The position numbers and the translations under genes are program-made. From positions 20,668-84,667 of the IMG/VR virus record IMGVR_UViG_3300031963_000066: a stretch of 64,000 nucleotides of DNA; one strand, 5' to 3'. Under the pieces are notes generated by a model. It saw only the letters and a program-made list of their open reading frames with translations. It did no database searches and was not told the origin of the DNA. This DNA comes from a virus. How positions within the stretch are numbered: the stretch's first letter is position 1; the number at the start of each line of letters is the position of its first letter. Positions 47,229 to 57,067 of the stretch are shown here, in pieces.

Positions 47229-49037
47229 TTACTGATATGTGACTGCAACATAAGTATTTGCAAGATCATTATTAAAACTGAAGTATCTTAAATAGGTTGT
47301 TTTTGTTGCACCTAAATTGAAATCAATTGCACCAATTGTAGAATTTATTGCTGTGCATCCATGTGTAATTATTCTTTGTTGTCCTGATGTGTTGGTAATA
47401 ATCAAATCAACAAATTTTCCTGGTACAAAAGAACTTAAAGTCACTGTTAAATCGTCCGCAATATTTGCTTTCACCATACCGGAATTGGAAAAGGTGATTG
47501 TGATTGCTGTTTGTAAACTTGAAAATATATTTGGTGTTCTTATTGTATTGGCTGCATACAGTGGTCCCGTTACTGTTAATGTACCCGGTACTGTTAAATT
47601 TGCATCAACTACAATTGTTGATGTATTTTGTAATGCACTTGCTGCATTTGTGAAGGCTGCTTGTGCAATCGGTTCAATAATATCTAAACGACCTGCTTGT
47701 GTGGCAGCCAAAGATTGTGCAGAATTGGCTTTTGTGAATGCACCGTTGGCATACAACGATGCAGAGTTGGCTGCACCAAACGCACCGTTAGCGTATAGAC
47801 CACCAGAATTGGCTGTTGTGTATGCATTGTTGGAATTTATGAATGCACCGTTTGCAAATACACCAGCAGAATTAGCTGAACCAAACGCACCGTTGGCATA
47901 TAATGCAGCTGAGGTTGCCACATTTGCTGCTGTAAATGCACCATTCGCATACAACGATGCAGAATTTGCGGCACCAAATGCTGCATTAGCATAAACACCT
48001 ACTGTATTGGATGAATTAAATGCAGCATTTGCCTGTGGCCATACTTGGTTATTAGATTGATTAAAGACTGTATTAGCTTGTATGAATGCTGCATTGGCAT
48101 ACAATGAACCAGAATTTGCGGTACCAAACGCAGCATTCGCCTGTGGCCATACTTGGTTATTTGAACGACTGAATACTGCATTTGCTTGTATGAATGCACC
48201 GTTGGCATATAATGATGCAGAATTGGCTGCACCAAATCCACTGTTTGCATAAGAACTGGCTGAATTAGATGCTTCAAAAGCACCGTTAGCATATAGACTT
48301 GCGGAATTAGATGCTTCAAAAGCACCGTTAGCATATAGACTTGCGGAATTAGATGCAGCAAAAGCACCGTTAGCATACAGAGCAGCTGAGTTTGCTACAC
48401 CAAAACTAGAATTTGCTCTCACAAATGCACTGTTTGCAAATGGACCAGTTGATTCTGTGGAAGTATTCTGTGATGAACCATCTGCAAACTTCAATGGTTT
48501 TGCAACCAAGTTCACACCATCTGTTGATATCTTTACTTGAACTTTGTTTGACTCTGGACCACCTGCGATGATATTGACTGTTCTACCTGCGGTTGTTGTA
48601 CCTATGATTAGGTTACCACCAGTGCCTGTAGCAGTGTTACCTTGTACATACAAGTAACCATCTAGTGGCAATACAGAAGTGTATGTTGCATCTGTATCGG
48701 TTGAACCTGCCAAACCCAAATCAATATAGTTTCTTTCATCTGTACCTGTGTCAGCAGTAATAACATAGTCAGCCGAGCCGTCAGATGTTCTATTCTGTAA
48801 GTTTGTTTGTAGATATGATGAACTGTTACCAATAAACTGTGCAATAACATTTGGAAGAATGATTGCGTTGTTACCAACATTCAGTGCTGTATTAGAATAT
48901 AAACTTTCGGCCAAAGTTCTAGCAGTGAATTTACTGGTGACACTGGTTGAATTATCAATACCAACCAAGATTGTATTGGATGTGTTACTATCTAAGTGTG
49001 TTAGATTTGGTAATTGCGAAATTTTTACTGTTGACAT
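47229..49037 (-). CDS. ANxAF-stalk fibre protein between gp7 and gp8
   Basis: VKISQLP N-terminus; about 200 aa of ANSASLYANGAF repeats; beta-rich C-terminal domain. Confidence 0.7.
   Translation of the reverse strand: MSTVKISQLPNLTHLDSNTSNTILVGIDNSTSVTSKFTARTLAESLYSNTALNVGNNAIILPNVIAQFIGNSSSYLQTNLQNRTSDGSADYVITADTGTDERNYIDLGLAGSTDTDATYTSVLPLDGYLYVQGNTATGTGGNLIIGTTTAGRTVNIIAGGPESNKVQVKISTDGVNLVAKPLKFADGSSQNTSTESTGPFANSAFVRANSSFGVANSAALYANGAFAASNSASLYANGAFEASNSASLYANGAFEASNSASSYANSGFGAANSASLYANGAFIQANAVFSRSNNQVWPQANAAFGTANSGSLYANAAFIQANTVFNQSNNQVWPQANAAFNSSNTVGVYANAAFGAANSASLYANGAFTAANVATSAALYANGAFGSANSAGVFANGAFINSNNAYTTANSGGLYANGAFGAANSASLYANGAFTKANSAQSLAATQAGRLDIIEPIAQAAFTNAASALQNTSTIVVDANLTVPGTLTVTGPLYAANTIRTPNIFSSLQTAITITFSNSGMVKANIADDLTVTLSSFVPGKFVDLIITNTSGQQRIITHGCTAINSTIGAIDFNLGATKTTYLRYFSFNNDLANTYVAVTYQ
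48262..48356. repeat. Perfect 42-bp tandem repeat (about 2.3 copies)
   Basis: Unit gaattagatgcttcaaaagcaccgttagcatatagacttgcg at 48262 and 48304, with a partial copy at 48346; encodes ASNSASLYANGAFE. Confidence 0.88.
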
Positions 49038-49040
49038 TGT

Positions 49041-52000
49041 TTACCCCAATAGGATTGTTCTATCATCTTCTGTTGTTAATGTAATACCATCTTCTGTGGC
49101 AATCTCTGGTATATATTGTAACCCAATTGGGCCAAATATCTTAATTTGATTTGATGAAATTGTACTATTTGCAATGAAGTTTCTTTTAACTGAAAGTAAA
49201 GTATTTTCATTAGATGATAAGTTGGTTGTTAAAACAATCTGATCGTCCGAATAGTTTACTGATTTAACCGTGTATATATTGTTGTTTACTTTGATGGAGT
49301 CACCAGTATAAACAATATCTTTTAATGGATAACTTGTGTTACTATAAACACCATTGTTCTCATAATCAAATTGGCCAGTGAGTGATGTAATATTTAGTGT
49401 GTTGGTGCCAGAGGTGCCAGTAACAACTGCCACATTTCCAAATGTTAACCAAACATTACTTGCAATTGTAATTGAATCTTGTGCATCGTTCACATCAACA
49501 ACCAAAGACTTAATGTTGACACCACGATCATTCTTAATTTCAATCGTACTTACATTTGGAAATATAAATTCTTCCAGATTTGAACCAAGTTTATTGTTAA
49601 ATTTAATTACATTGTTACTCTTGTTGGTGAAACTGGTTGTGATACTCAGTGCATCAGAAGTGTGTTCACCCAAATAGTAAGCTAATGGTTCACCACCATA
49701 TAAACCTTGTTGTGAATGGTGAAAAAGGTTGTTGTTCGATTTCAATGCATAACGACCAATTACATTTGTTCCGGTTGGATGTAATAGGTTCAACAATACT
49801 TCTCTGTATTTTGCAATTTCTTTTTCAAGTGTAATCTGATATGTGAAATTGTTGTACTTGGTACTCTGCAACACATCATAAGAACTTGGTTGCCCTTGTG
49901 TTGTTAAATACTGGCCTTCACCAATCACAAGACCATTCAAGAATGTTGCGTTAGCCTTTGCGGATCCATCACCAAATGTTATCACACCAAACTTATCATA
50001 AGTTCTGGTGTACACTGTTTGGTTGCCAACTGCATCAAAATAATTATATGTCTGTACAAATTGTGGAAATGCAGAGTTTGCCATCGGCAGACTGATGTAC
50101 TTACCATCAATCACCAAAGGTAGTTTTGGATTTGGTTTTGAATCGTAATTGTAAACCCTCAAATTGTATAATGACAATTGTGAGTTCGCATCAGCAGACA
50201 ACAATGAAACTGAATTGACTCTTGCTGTGTATGAAGCAAGATTGATTGTTGGACCTTGATAGATTACATCATCTTTTTGTGGCAAGTTTTCAATTGCAAC
50301 ATTAGATACCACAATATCTTGTATTCGTATTGACACATTAGGTTTGAATTCATAATCTTCACCGTAATTTTCAATTGAGATTGTTGTTACTGAACCTGCT
50401 CTGTCTACGACTGGAGAGAAAGTTGCGCCTGTTCCTAGAATACCTGGAATAAACAAACTTGCACCGGTCGCTGATGGGTTTGCAGATGTTACCGACAAAC
50501 TAGGTAAATAATCATTCGTATATCCCATTCCGCCTAATGGCCATTTTGGATATGTACGATACTGTGGATCAATAAAAAAATCTACTGCTGTAATTGCTCC
50601 AGTTCCATTCACACCTGTTACATTTGCATAAGGACCTTGGCCACGACCACCATTAAAAACAATTCTATCGTTCACTTGATAACCAGAACCACCGTTACTG
50701 ATTTGAACTGGACCTAATATACCAAGCGATTCTAGTGAAGAATTAACAGAAAATTCATCAAAGGAATCTTCTGTTCTATATGTAGACAATGCGGTTATTT
50801 CTGGTATCTTAGTTATTCCACCACCACCATTGTCAACAAAAATGGAAGATATAGGAAATGTTGTTAGTGAACCAAAAGTAAATGCATTTGCAAGAGTTGT
50901 ATCTTTAGTAGATGTTCCAACATTAGCAAAGAAGAAATTTGCATTACTTAATCTGATCTCTTTCTTAAAACCAATAACATCCATTGGTATGAAAGCCACA
51001 TTGGCTCTTGCGTTGCCTACTGCCGTGGCAGTTTGTATATTTGCACCAGAGGCTTGTACATTTGAAGAAAATACTTGTGCAGTTATGCCAACAATAGCTT
51101 GTGCATTTACTGTTTGAGTATATCTAATATTTGTTATAGTACCTTGTGCATCAACTTCAGAAACATATGCAAAAGTGGATTCTTCATACACAACTGAATC
51201 GTTAATTCTATAACCTGTACCACCGTTAATTATTTTAAATGATGGAGGTAAATATGGAGATATAGATGCAACGTTTGCTCTTGCACCACTTATAGCCGAA
51301 TCTTCAATTATAATAATAGTGTTTGGTTTTAATGAGTAACCATAACCACCATCAACCACATTGATACGCTGAATAGAACCTTTGGTAATTTCACCAACCT
51401 TTGCTGTTGCACCAACTGGATTTGCAACGTTTGCATTTAGGCCACCATAAACAACAACTGGATCACCAGGTTGATATGTTAAACCACGGCTTGTTGGATT
51501 AACTCTTATCTGGCTAATTTGACCAACAATTTTTGCACGAAGTATATTACCACCAAATAAAACATCCTGGTTGTTTGAATCTACAATCCTAACAGTCTCA
51601 CCAGAGTTAAATAGTCTTTCAATGTTTGATATGAATATTTCGGTTTTGTTTCCAACCAATACAGCAGCTTCAATTGTTGCAATAGATTTTGAAACTTCAC
51701 CAAAAATTCTATAGTTTTTTGTCTGTAAGAAATATGGATTGGCCGATAATAATTTTAAACTCTTTGCGATGTACCATGTGCCACCAGATGCTTTGAACAC
51801 CGAGTCTTTGGTATTGAATATTTCAACATCTGTGTTGTAGAGTACACGGAAAAGAAATTCATACGATGCTGGTGTACCTTTACTTTGGTACAACTGTCTT
51901 GCAACTTTTACAGCTTGTTCTTGACTTACTAAAGATTCTCTTGGAAAGAAGGGTAAGAATTCGTTGTTGAAATAATCTATGAATTCTTCCGTTGTTGCAT

Positions 52001-52178
52001 CAACATCTTTGTAATTCAATAAGTTTTTAGACCTATCCGTTACCTTACCAGTTGTTTCCATCCATTCGTAGTATGCCTTTAAGAATAGATTGAAGTTGGC
52101 ATAATCAGGATTATCCCGAACATACTCAGGTAACTGAGATAAAACCAGATTGGATGTTTTTTGATTATTGTCTATCAT
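49041..52178 (-). CDS. gp7: Baseplate wedge initiator
   Basis: FLKAYYEW, YQSKGTPASYEFLFRVLY and LLHPTG motifs; GGxGY repeats; directly after gp6. Confidence 0.8.
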   Translation of the reverse strand: MIDNNQKTSNLVLSQLPEYVRDNPDYANFNLFLKAYYEWMETTGKVTDRSKNLLNYKDVDATTEEFIDYFNNEFLPFFPRESLVSQEQAVKVARQLYQSKGTPASYEFLFRVLYNTDVEIFNTKDSVFKASGGTWYIAKSLKLLSANPYFLQTKNYRIFGEVSKSIATIEAAVLVGNKTEIFISNIERLFNSGETVRIVDSNNQDVLFGGNILRAKIVGQISQIRVNPTSRGLTYQPGDPVVVYGGLNANVANPVGATAKVGEITKGSIQRINVVDGGYGYSLKPNTIIIIEDSAISGARANVASISPYLPPSFKIINGGTGYRINDSVVYEESTFAYVSEVDAQGTITNIRYTQTVNAQAIVGITAQVFSSNVQASGANIQTATAVGNARANVAFIPMDVIGFKKEIRLSNANFFFANVGTSTKDTTLANAFTFGSLTTFPISSIFVDNGGGGITKIPEITALSTYRTEDSFDEFSVNSSLESLGILGPVQISNGGSGYQVNDRIVFNGGRGQGPYANVTGVNGTGAITAVDFFIDPQYRTYPKWPLGGMGYTNDYLPSLSVTSANPSATGASLFIPGILGTGATFSPVVDRAGSVTTISIENYGEDYEFKPNVSIRIQDIVVSNVAIENLPQKDDVIYQGPTINLASYTARVNSVSLLSADANSQLSLYNLRVYNYDSKPNPKLPLVIDGKYISLPMANSAFPQFVQTYNYFDAVGNQTVYTRTYDKFGVITFGDGSAKANATFLNGLVIGEGQYLTTQGQPSSYDVLQSTKYNNFTYQITLEKEIAKYREVLLNLLHPTGTNVIGRYALKSNNNLFHHSQQGLYGGEPLAYYLGEHTSDALSITTSFTNKSNNVIKFNNKLGSNLEEFIFPNVSTIEIKNDRGVNIKSLVVDVNDAQDSITIASNVWLTFGNVAVVTGTSGTNTLNITSLTGQFDYENNGVYSNTSYPLKDIVYTGDSIKVNNNIYTVKSVNYSDDQIVLTTNLSSNENTLLSVKRNFIANSTISSNQIKIFGPIGLQYIPEIATEDGITLTTEDDRTILLG

Positions 52179-54253
52179 GTTGTTTTAGCGGTAACATTTA
52201 CAATAATAGATTGTGGATCAAATTCATCTACAGTAATAACTCTATTATATGTGGAAGAAATAATTGTTGTTGTTGGATTGGTGGTTACTGTTAATAGGCC
52301 TAAATCATTATTCACATTCAATGGTGAAAATGCATCCAATGTAACAACACCTAAATTGTAGTCTACAGTACCAATATTACCTTTAAATACAGTCTTGACA
52401 TTTGTTGTGTCATTGTAATATAATCTCAACACACCATAACGGCCTTCAAGTGTAATTATACCTGCACCAGATGAACCTGTAGTATCTCCTGCTGCTGGTG
52501 TGATTTTAAGTATTGCTGATGTGTAACCTGTTCCTTTTGTTAGGACATTGATTTGTTTTATGGTACCGTTGTTTGTCATAACAGCTTCTGCTGTTGCACC
52601 TGTACCATCACCTAGTATGGTAACTGTTGGTTGACCTTGATAACCAAAACCCGGATTAGTTATTGTGATAGATTCTGCACCACCTGTTGATGATGGTACT
52701 TCTTCAATGTAAAGGCCATTAATTGTTTGTGCTAAATTTAATGGGTTTCTGTATACAACTGAAGGTGAACTGCCTATACCACTCAAAAACATACCACGCT
52801 TTAACCCTGCACCATAATACAACTTGTATGTGGTTGGTGTAGATAGATTTGGATAAAATTTCTTCTGTAGTTGAATAGATATTTCGTTTGTAATTATAGA
52901 AGAATCAACTGAATTGATTTGATTATTGAATTCAGATGATCTAAATGTAGAGTTAAAACTGTTTAGTGTTGACTTTGCATAGTTATTGATTGCAGTCTTG
53001 ACATTTTCTTTTATCTCACTTGCAGTCAATCTTGTTCTCTTAGGATCATACAATACATTTGCAGTGATTTGAATATAGGTATAATCTGGATCAACAATTG
53101 TTGGTTCTACGGTAAGAACCGATATAGGTCTCAATACATCTTTAATCAGTTTTGATTTCTGATTTTCTGTCAACATATATGCACCAGATGGTTTCATTGC
53201 AATGAATACTTGCCCATAAACTGGTGGATCATTCTCTTGGCCACCCCAAACATTCACTGAATCGAATGAGTAACCAAGATTGTTTTGTTGGATTGCTGTG
53301 ATGTAATCTTCTTTGGTTACTGCACGACCTTGTGCTGAGTATGACTTTGGTGCCTGAAACTTGATTGATTCTATTGTTTCTCTATCACCACCCTGAGTTG
53401 CAGAGGTCAATGGATAAATTCTTGTATTTGAATAACCTGATATTGAATCCATCAACACAAAATTGTTTGCACCAGTTGCAGCGGATCCATTTGTCACCAC
53501 ATAAGAAAGTGTGATAATGTTGCCATTGGTCAATTTTTTACCTAGTACACCATTACCAAAACTAACTTCATAGAAACCTTTGACATTTTCTTGTAAGAAA
53601 TATACCAAAGAAGAACCTGAGAGTGTTAGATAATCTTTTGCGTGGGTGTGAATATTGTAAAAATTGTTTGATGATGATTCACGCACCGAAACTGTTAATG
53701 TGGTTGTGTCCACATTTATTTCAGGTATTTCAAATATTGATTTGATATTTGTGGTACTATCATAAGTGAAAGACAAAGATACTGGTGTACCTTGTTTCAA
53801 TGTGATATTATCAAAATTTGCTGTGTTATTCAATACTGTAACTGTAGAATTTTCAGTTGTCACAAAGCTGTAACTGACACCATCAATAGATTCTGCCAAA
53901 AATGATGTAAATTTAGGTAATGTTAATGATGCATCAGTAACTTGATTGACTTTTAAATTGATTGTGGCTGTCGGTGCAATTGAAGATTTTGGTACATAAT
54001 CCAATGTTTTTGCATGGGAAACTACAGATGCTCTCTGTAATGCTGTGTCCAAGAATGTTTCGTTGGCCACCATGTTCAAGTAATAAGCATTGTATTGTGT
54101 ATTGTACGCTAGAATGTCCAATAGTGTTGAAAGTGCAGAACCATCATAGTTATAATCTTTTAAAGTATCTTGTGACTGAAGAAAGCTCTTCAGGCTAGTT
54201 TTTATTTGATTAAAATCTAGTTCTGTTATATTGAAACCAGTATTTGCAGCCAT
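52175..54253 (-). CDS. gp6: Baseplate wedge subunit
   Basis: ELDFNQIK, LLDILAYNT, RAVTKEDY and VWGGQENDPPVYG motifs. Confidence 0.94.
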   Translation of the reverse strand: MAANTGFNITELDFNQIKTSLKSFLQSQDTLKDYNYDGSALSTLLDILAYNTQYNAYYLNMVANETFLDTALQRASVVSHAKTLDYVPKSSIAPTATINLKVNQVTDASLTLPKFTSFLAESIDGVSYSFVTTENSTVTVLNNTANFDNITLKQGTPVSLSFTYDSTTNIKSIFEIPEINVDTTTLTVSVRESSSNNFYNIHTHAKDYLTLSGSSLVYFLQENVKGFYEVSFGNGVLGKKLTNGNIITLSYVVTNGSAATGANNFVLMDSISGYSNTRIYPLTSATQGGDRETIESIKFQAPKSYSAQGRAVTKEDYITAIQQNNLGYSFDSVNVWGGQENDPPVYGQVFIAMKPSGAYMLTENQKSKLIKDVLRPISVLTVEPTIVDPDYTYIQITANVLYDPKRTRLTASEIKENVKTAINNYAKSTLNSFNSTFRSSEFNNQINSVDSSIITNEISIQLQKKFYPNLSTPTTYKLYYGAGLKRGMFLSGIGSSPSVVYRNPLNLAQTINGLYIEEVPSSTGGAESITITNPGFGYQGQPTVTILGDGTGATAEAVMTNNGTIKQINVLTKGTGYTSAILKITPAAGDTTGSSGAGIITLEGRYGVLRLYYNDTTNVKTVFKGNIGTVDYNLGVVTLDAFSPLNVNNDLGLLTVTTNPTTTIISSTYNRVITVDEFDPQSIIVNVTAKTT

Positions 54254-54254
54254 C

Positions 54255-54647
54255 TTATCTATTTCTCTCTAAAAGAAGTGTTACTGTTGTCGGTAATGTT
54301 GCATTTTCTATGTAAAATGTTATTGTGGCACTATATTGATTTGAATCTGGATCAGCAGAAACCCGGACACTATCTAACAATGCTCTCGGTTCATAGTTGT
54401 TTATGGTATCAGTAACTTCTCTTTCAATTAAACTTGCAACAAGTGGTGAGAAGTTTTCAAATAAAAGTGCATCAATATTAGAACCCAATTCAGGATCAAA
54501 TGGTCTTTCATATTTTCTTGTTGACAACAAATTTCGGATTGATCTTATAACAGCCTTATTATCAAAACTTAAAGCAACATCACCTGTCACCGGTTTTTTG
54601 GTGAAAGTAAAGTCTATGTCTGAGTATATTTTGGTTAAAGTTGTCAT
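54255..54647 (-). CDS. gp25: Baseplate wedge subunit / sheath initiator
   Basis: YSDID, SIRNLLST..ERPFDP.LGS and NYEPR motifs. Confidence 0.93.
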   Translation of the reverse strand: MTTLTKIYSDIDFTFTKKPVTGDVALSFDNKAVIRSIRNLLSTRKYERPFDPELGSNIDALLFENFSPLVASLIEREVTDTINNYEPRALLDSVRVSADPDSNQYSATITFYIENATLPTTVTLLLERNR

Positions 54648-54651
54648 CTTT

Positions 54652-54659
54652 TATTTATG
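54652..54659 (-). promoter_or_regulatory. Late promoter-like CATAAATA before gp25
   Basis: 7/8 match to consensus, only 4 nt before the ATG, so the message would be near-leaderless. Confidence 0.5.
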
Positions 54660-54663
54660 AGCT

Positions 54664-54739
54664 AAAAGTAAATGCGCTTTTTGGAATCTGAGTTCTGTCG
54701 GAGAAAATTCTTGGGCCGGAATGAGAAATTTCGAAATTT
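54664..54739. repeat. 76-bp non-coding dispersed element, copy B
   Basis: Direct repeat of 32641-32716; ends in the perfect 14-bp palindrome aaatttcgaaattt (54726-54739). Confidence 0.9.
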
Positions 54740-55695
54740 TAATCTCCAATGAATACTGTACCTGAACCAGTTTCGATAACATTGGTGCCTGGTGGATTAC
54801 TATCAAAGTGACTGCCAGTACCATCATCACCAGTATCTGCCGTGTCTCCAATTCTTGCAGCACCCATCGTACCATGATTCATATTAATAGTGCTACCATT
54901 CATAACTATATCTCCAGCCACATTTAAGGTATAGTTACCATCAACCTTTTCCTGTACATTTCCCTTGACATATAGGTTTGCATTGCCATCCACCGTAATA
55001 TTACAAACACCTTTGATGTGTACATTATTGTCAGAAAGATAAACTTCATAGTTGTCTCCAACCACTTTGGTAACCTTTGACCCGTCAGGTGCAATCTCAA
55101 AGAATGTGTTGGCCTTATGGTGTAGGTGTATCCTCTCAGCACCAGGTGTGTCATCCAACTCAAATACATGCCCTGCTTCAGTCTGTGTCACTCGGTTGTA
55201 TGGGATTTTTGCATCATATTGTGATTCTGGCTCACTCCAGGTACCACCACTAGCCGTAGGCACACTGGTATCTAGGTTATTATTGTGGTAACCAATTGCA
55301 GTTTCTTCAATTTTTTCATTTCTGTGTAGTCTGCTACTAGTAGGTTCACCTAGTGGATAAAATGAACCTTCTGAGAAACCTTTAGATGTGTTTGGTCCAT
55401 TTTTTGGTATGCCTGGAAATATACCAATAATGACAGGTGCTTGACTAGATTCACCATCAGTGAAGAAACCAAACGCATAGTCACCTTCCAGAGGTGCACC
55501 GTCAGTCATTGACACATTAGGTGGTAGGCACGGTAACGCCCAAGATAGACCATCCGTAGGCAATTCTTCAAGGTTGTCTGTGTGGTGACCGAACATACGG
55601 ACACGCACCCGGCCTAATCCTAATGGGTCGAATCTATCTTCAACGACACCTAACCACCAATGAAAACCATCTTTACCAATAAAATTGTTCATCAT
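54739..55695 (-). CDS. gp5: Baseplate hub / central spike (OB fold plus beta-helix, no lysozyme domain)
   Basis: WWLGVVEDRFDPLGLGRVRVR, PYNRV..TEAGHVFELDDTPGAERI and VxGN repeats; PAAR-like tail AARIGD...GSGTVFIG. Confidence 0.9.
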   Translation of the reverse strand: MMNNFIGKDGFHWWLGVVEDRFDPLGLGRVRVRMFGHHTDNLEELPTDGLSWALPCLPPNVSMTDGAPLEGDYAFGFFTDGESSQAPVIIGIFPGIPKNGPNTSKGFSEGSFYPLGEPTSSRLHRNEKIEETAIGYHNNNLDTSVPTASGGTWSEPESQYDAKIPYNRVTQTEAGHVFELDDTPGAERIHLHHKANTFFEIAPDGSKVTKVVGDNYEVYLSDNNVHIKGVCNITVDGNANLYVKGNVQEKVDGNYTLNVAGDIVMNGSTINMNHGTMGAARIGDTADTGDDGTGSHFDSNPPGTNVIETGSGTVFIGD

Positions 55696-57065
55696 GTTGT
55701 AATCGCCTGTCTAACACTCTTGTCTGAATTATTTGCACCTTCTTGTGCTTTTGGTAAGCTTTCTTTGGCCACTTCCAAAATTGTCTGATATGCAGTTTGC
55801 TTAATAATGTGTCGTACCGCAGTGACAAGGTACTTACCTGAATACGTTTTATCCAGTTCTTTTGTATTGTTTGTTGGTTTTAGTGTGAAAAGGTTGAATT
55901 CAACTACTTTACCTGCTGTCAACCCCGAATCACCGGGTACAACCATCTTTAGTGCCGTGAAGTTTGCAAGTGAAATTGCAGCAGTTCTAAGTGGTAAGAT
56001 TGTTTCAATGAAAATGTCTTTTGCAAAACCACCTTCTTTTTCTTTGATATAAGGTACATTTCCGTGGTTTGCATTACCTGTTGCAACCTTCAGTACACCT
56101 TCTGGTGATTGATTCAAAGCTTTATCAAAACGATTCTTCAATTCATTCAAAATACTACCAGGATTCAATTTTTCCATCGTGTTTTTCATCTTGTTATAAT
56201 CAAAATCGGTCACATTGAAAGACCTTGTTAGTGGGTCGATAGATATCAATCTGTTTGCAAACGAACCGGATGTAATCTCTTGGAGTGCATCATATGTTTT
56301 GGAAAATTCATATTCAATCACATTGAATGCTTTTTCTTGTAAGTCTTGTTTCTTGTTATCCAAATTCATCGGTTCATACTTATATGTCGCATAAACTTCA
56401 TCTTTGTACATGGATTGTAGAGACCTGAAGTTAAAACCTTCTTTTGTTTCAAAAAACAACATATCCGCCGTACTGTTTTGTTTCTTTGGCCTTGCATATG
56501 TTGATACCCAACTAATGGCTTCAAATGGTTTCAACCTTGGAACAACAAAGTCATAAACACCAGTTGTTTCTTCAATTACATTGATGTTTTTTGGTTTGAC
56601 CTTCAGTTTTTCCACCAATACATCCTGCACAATTTCAGAAATTTTTTGGCCAGAATATGATTTACTTATTTTTGTCTGTTCTGAGAGCATCAATTCTTCT
56701 GAACAAAAATATAATTTGTATATTTCGGAGTTGTAATTGCCGCCAGGTTTTCTATCACCAATCTTATACACCCTAAAAATCTGGTCGTTTCCATTGGGAC
56801 CATTTTTTATTTTACTAAAATTTACTTCAAGATATTCATTGCCTGATAACTGTAGAAGTTCAATGAAACCTTGTGCATCAACCAATGTCACATAACCGGA
56901 AGCTGCAAATGTGTAGATATCTTCATAATATGAAAACTCCAACATTATTTTTTTAAGTTCTATTCTGTTACCACTCGATGTTAAAAAATTGAGTGTTTTT
57001 AAAGAATAGTCTTGCGGTGAATATGCACCAGAAGCTTCAACTGGAGTAAAATTATTTGTGTCCAT
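55692..57065 (-). CDS. Putative baseplate hub protein (gp27-like position)
   Basis: 457 aa between gp53 and gp5; FFET..GFNFRSL, VPGDS.L.AG and SGKYLVTAVRH motifs typical of hub proteins. Confidence 0.6.
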   Translation of the reverse strand: MDTNNFTPVEASGAYSPQDYSLKTLNFLTSSGNRIELKKIMLEFSYYEDIYTFAASGYVTLVDAQGFIELLQLSGNEYLEVNFSKIKNGPNGNDQIFRVYKIGDRKPGGNYNSEIYKLYFCSEELMLSEQTKISKSYSGQKISEIVQDVLVEKLKVKPKNINVIEETTGVYDFVVPRLKPFEAISWVSTYARPKKQNSTADMLFFETKEGFNFRSLQSMYKDEVYATYKYEPMNLDNKKQDLQEKAFNVIEYEFSKTYDALQEITSGSFANRLISIDPLTRSFNVTDFDYNKMKNTMEKLNPGSILNELKNRFDKALNQSPEGVLKVATGNANHGNVPYIKEKEGGFAKDIFIETILPLRTAAISLANFTALKMVVPGDSGLTAGKVVEFNLFTLKPTNNTKELDKTYSGKYLVTAVRHIIKQTAYQTILEVAKESLPKAQEGANNSDKSVRQAITT

Positions 57066-57067
57066 AA

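Noticed and set aside
54651-54875. 74-aa ORF spanning 76-bp element copy B
   Set aside because: It overlaps gp5 out of frame, and copy A has no equivalent ORF, so the element's conservation is not explained by coding.
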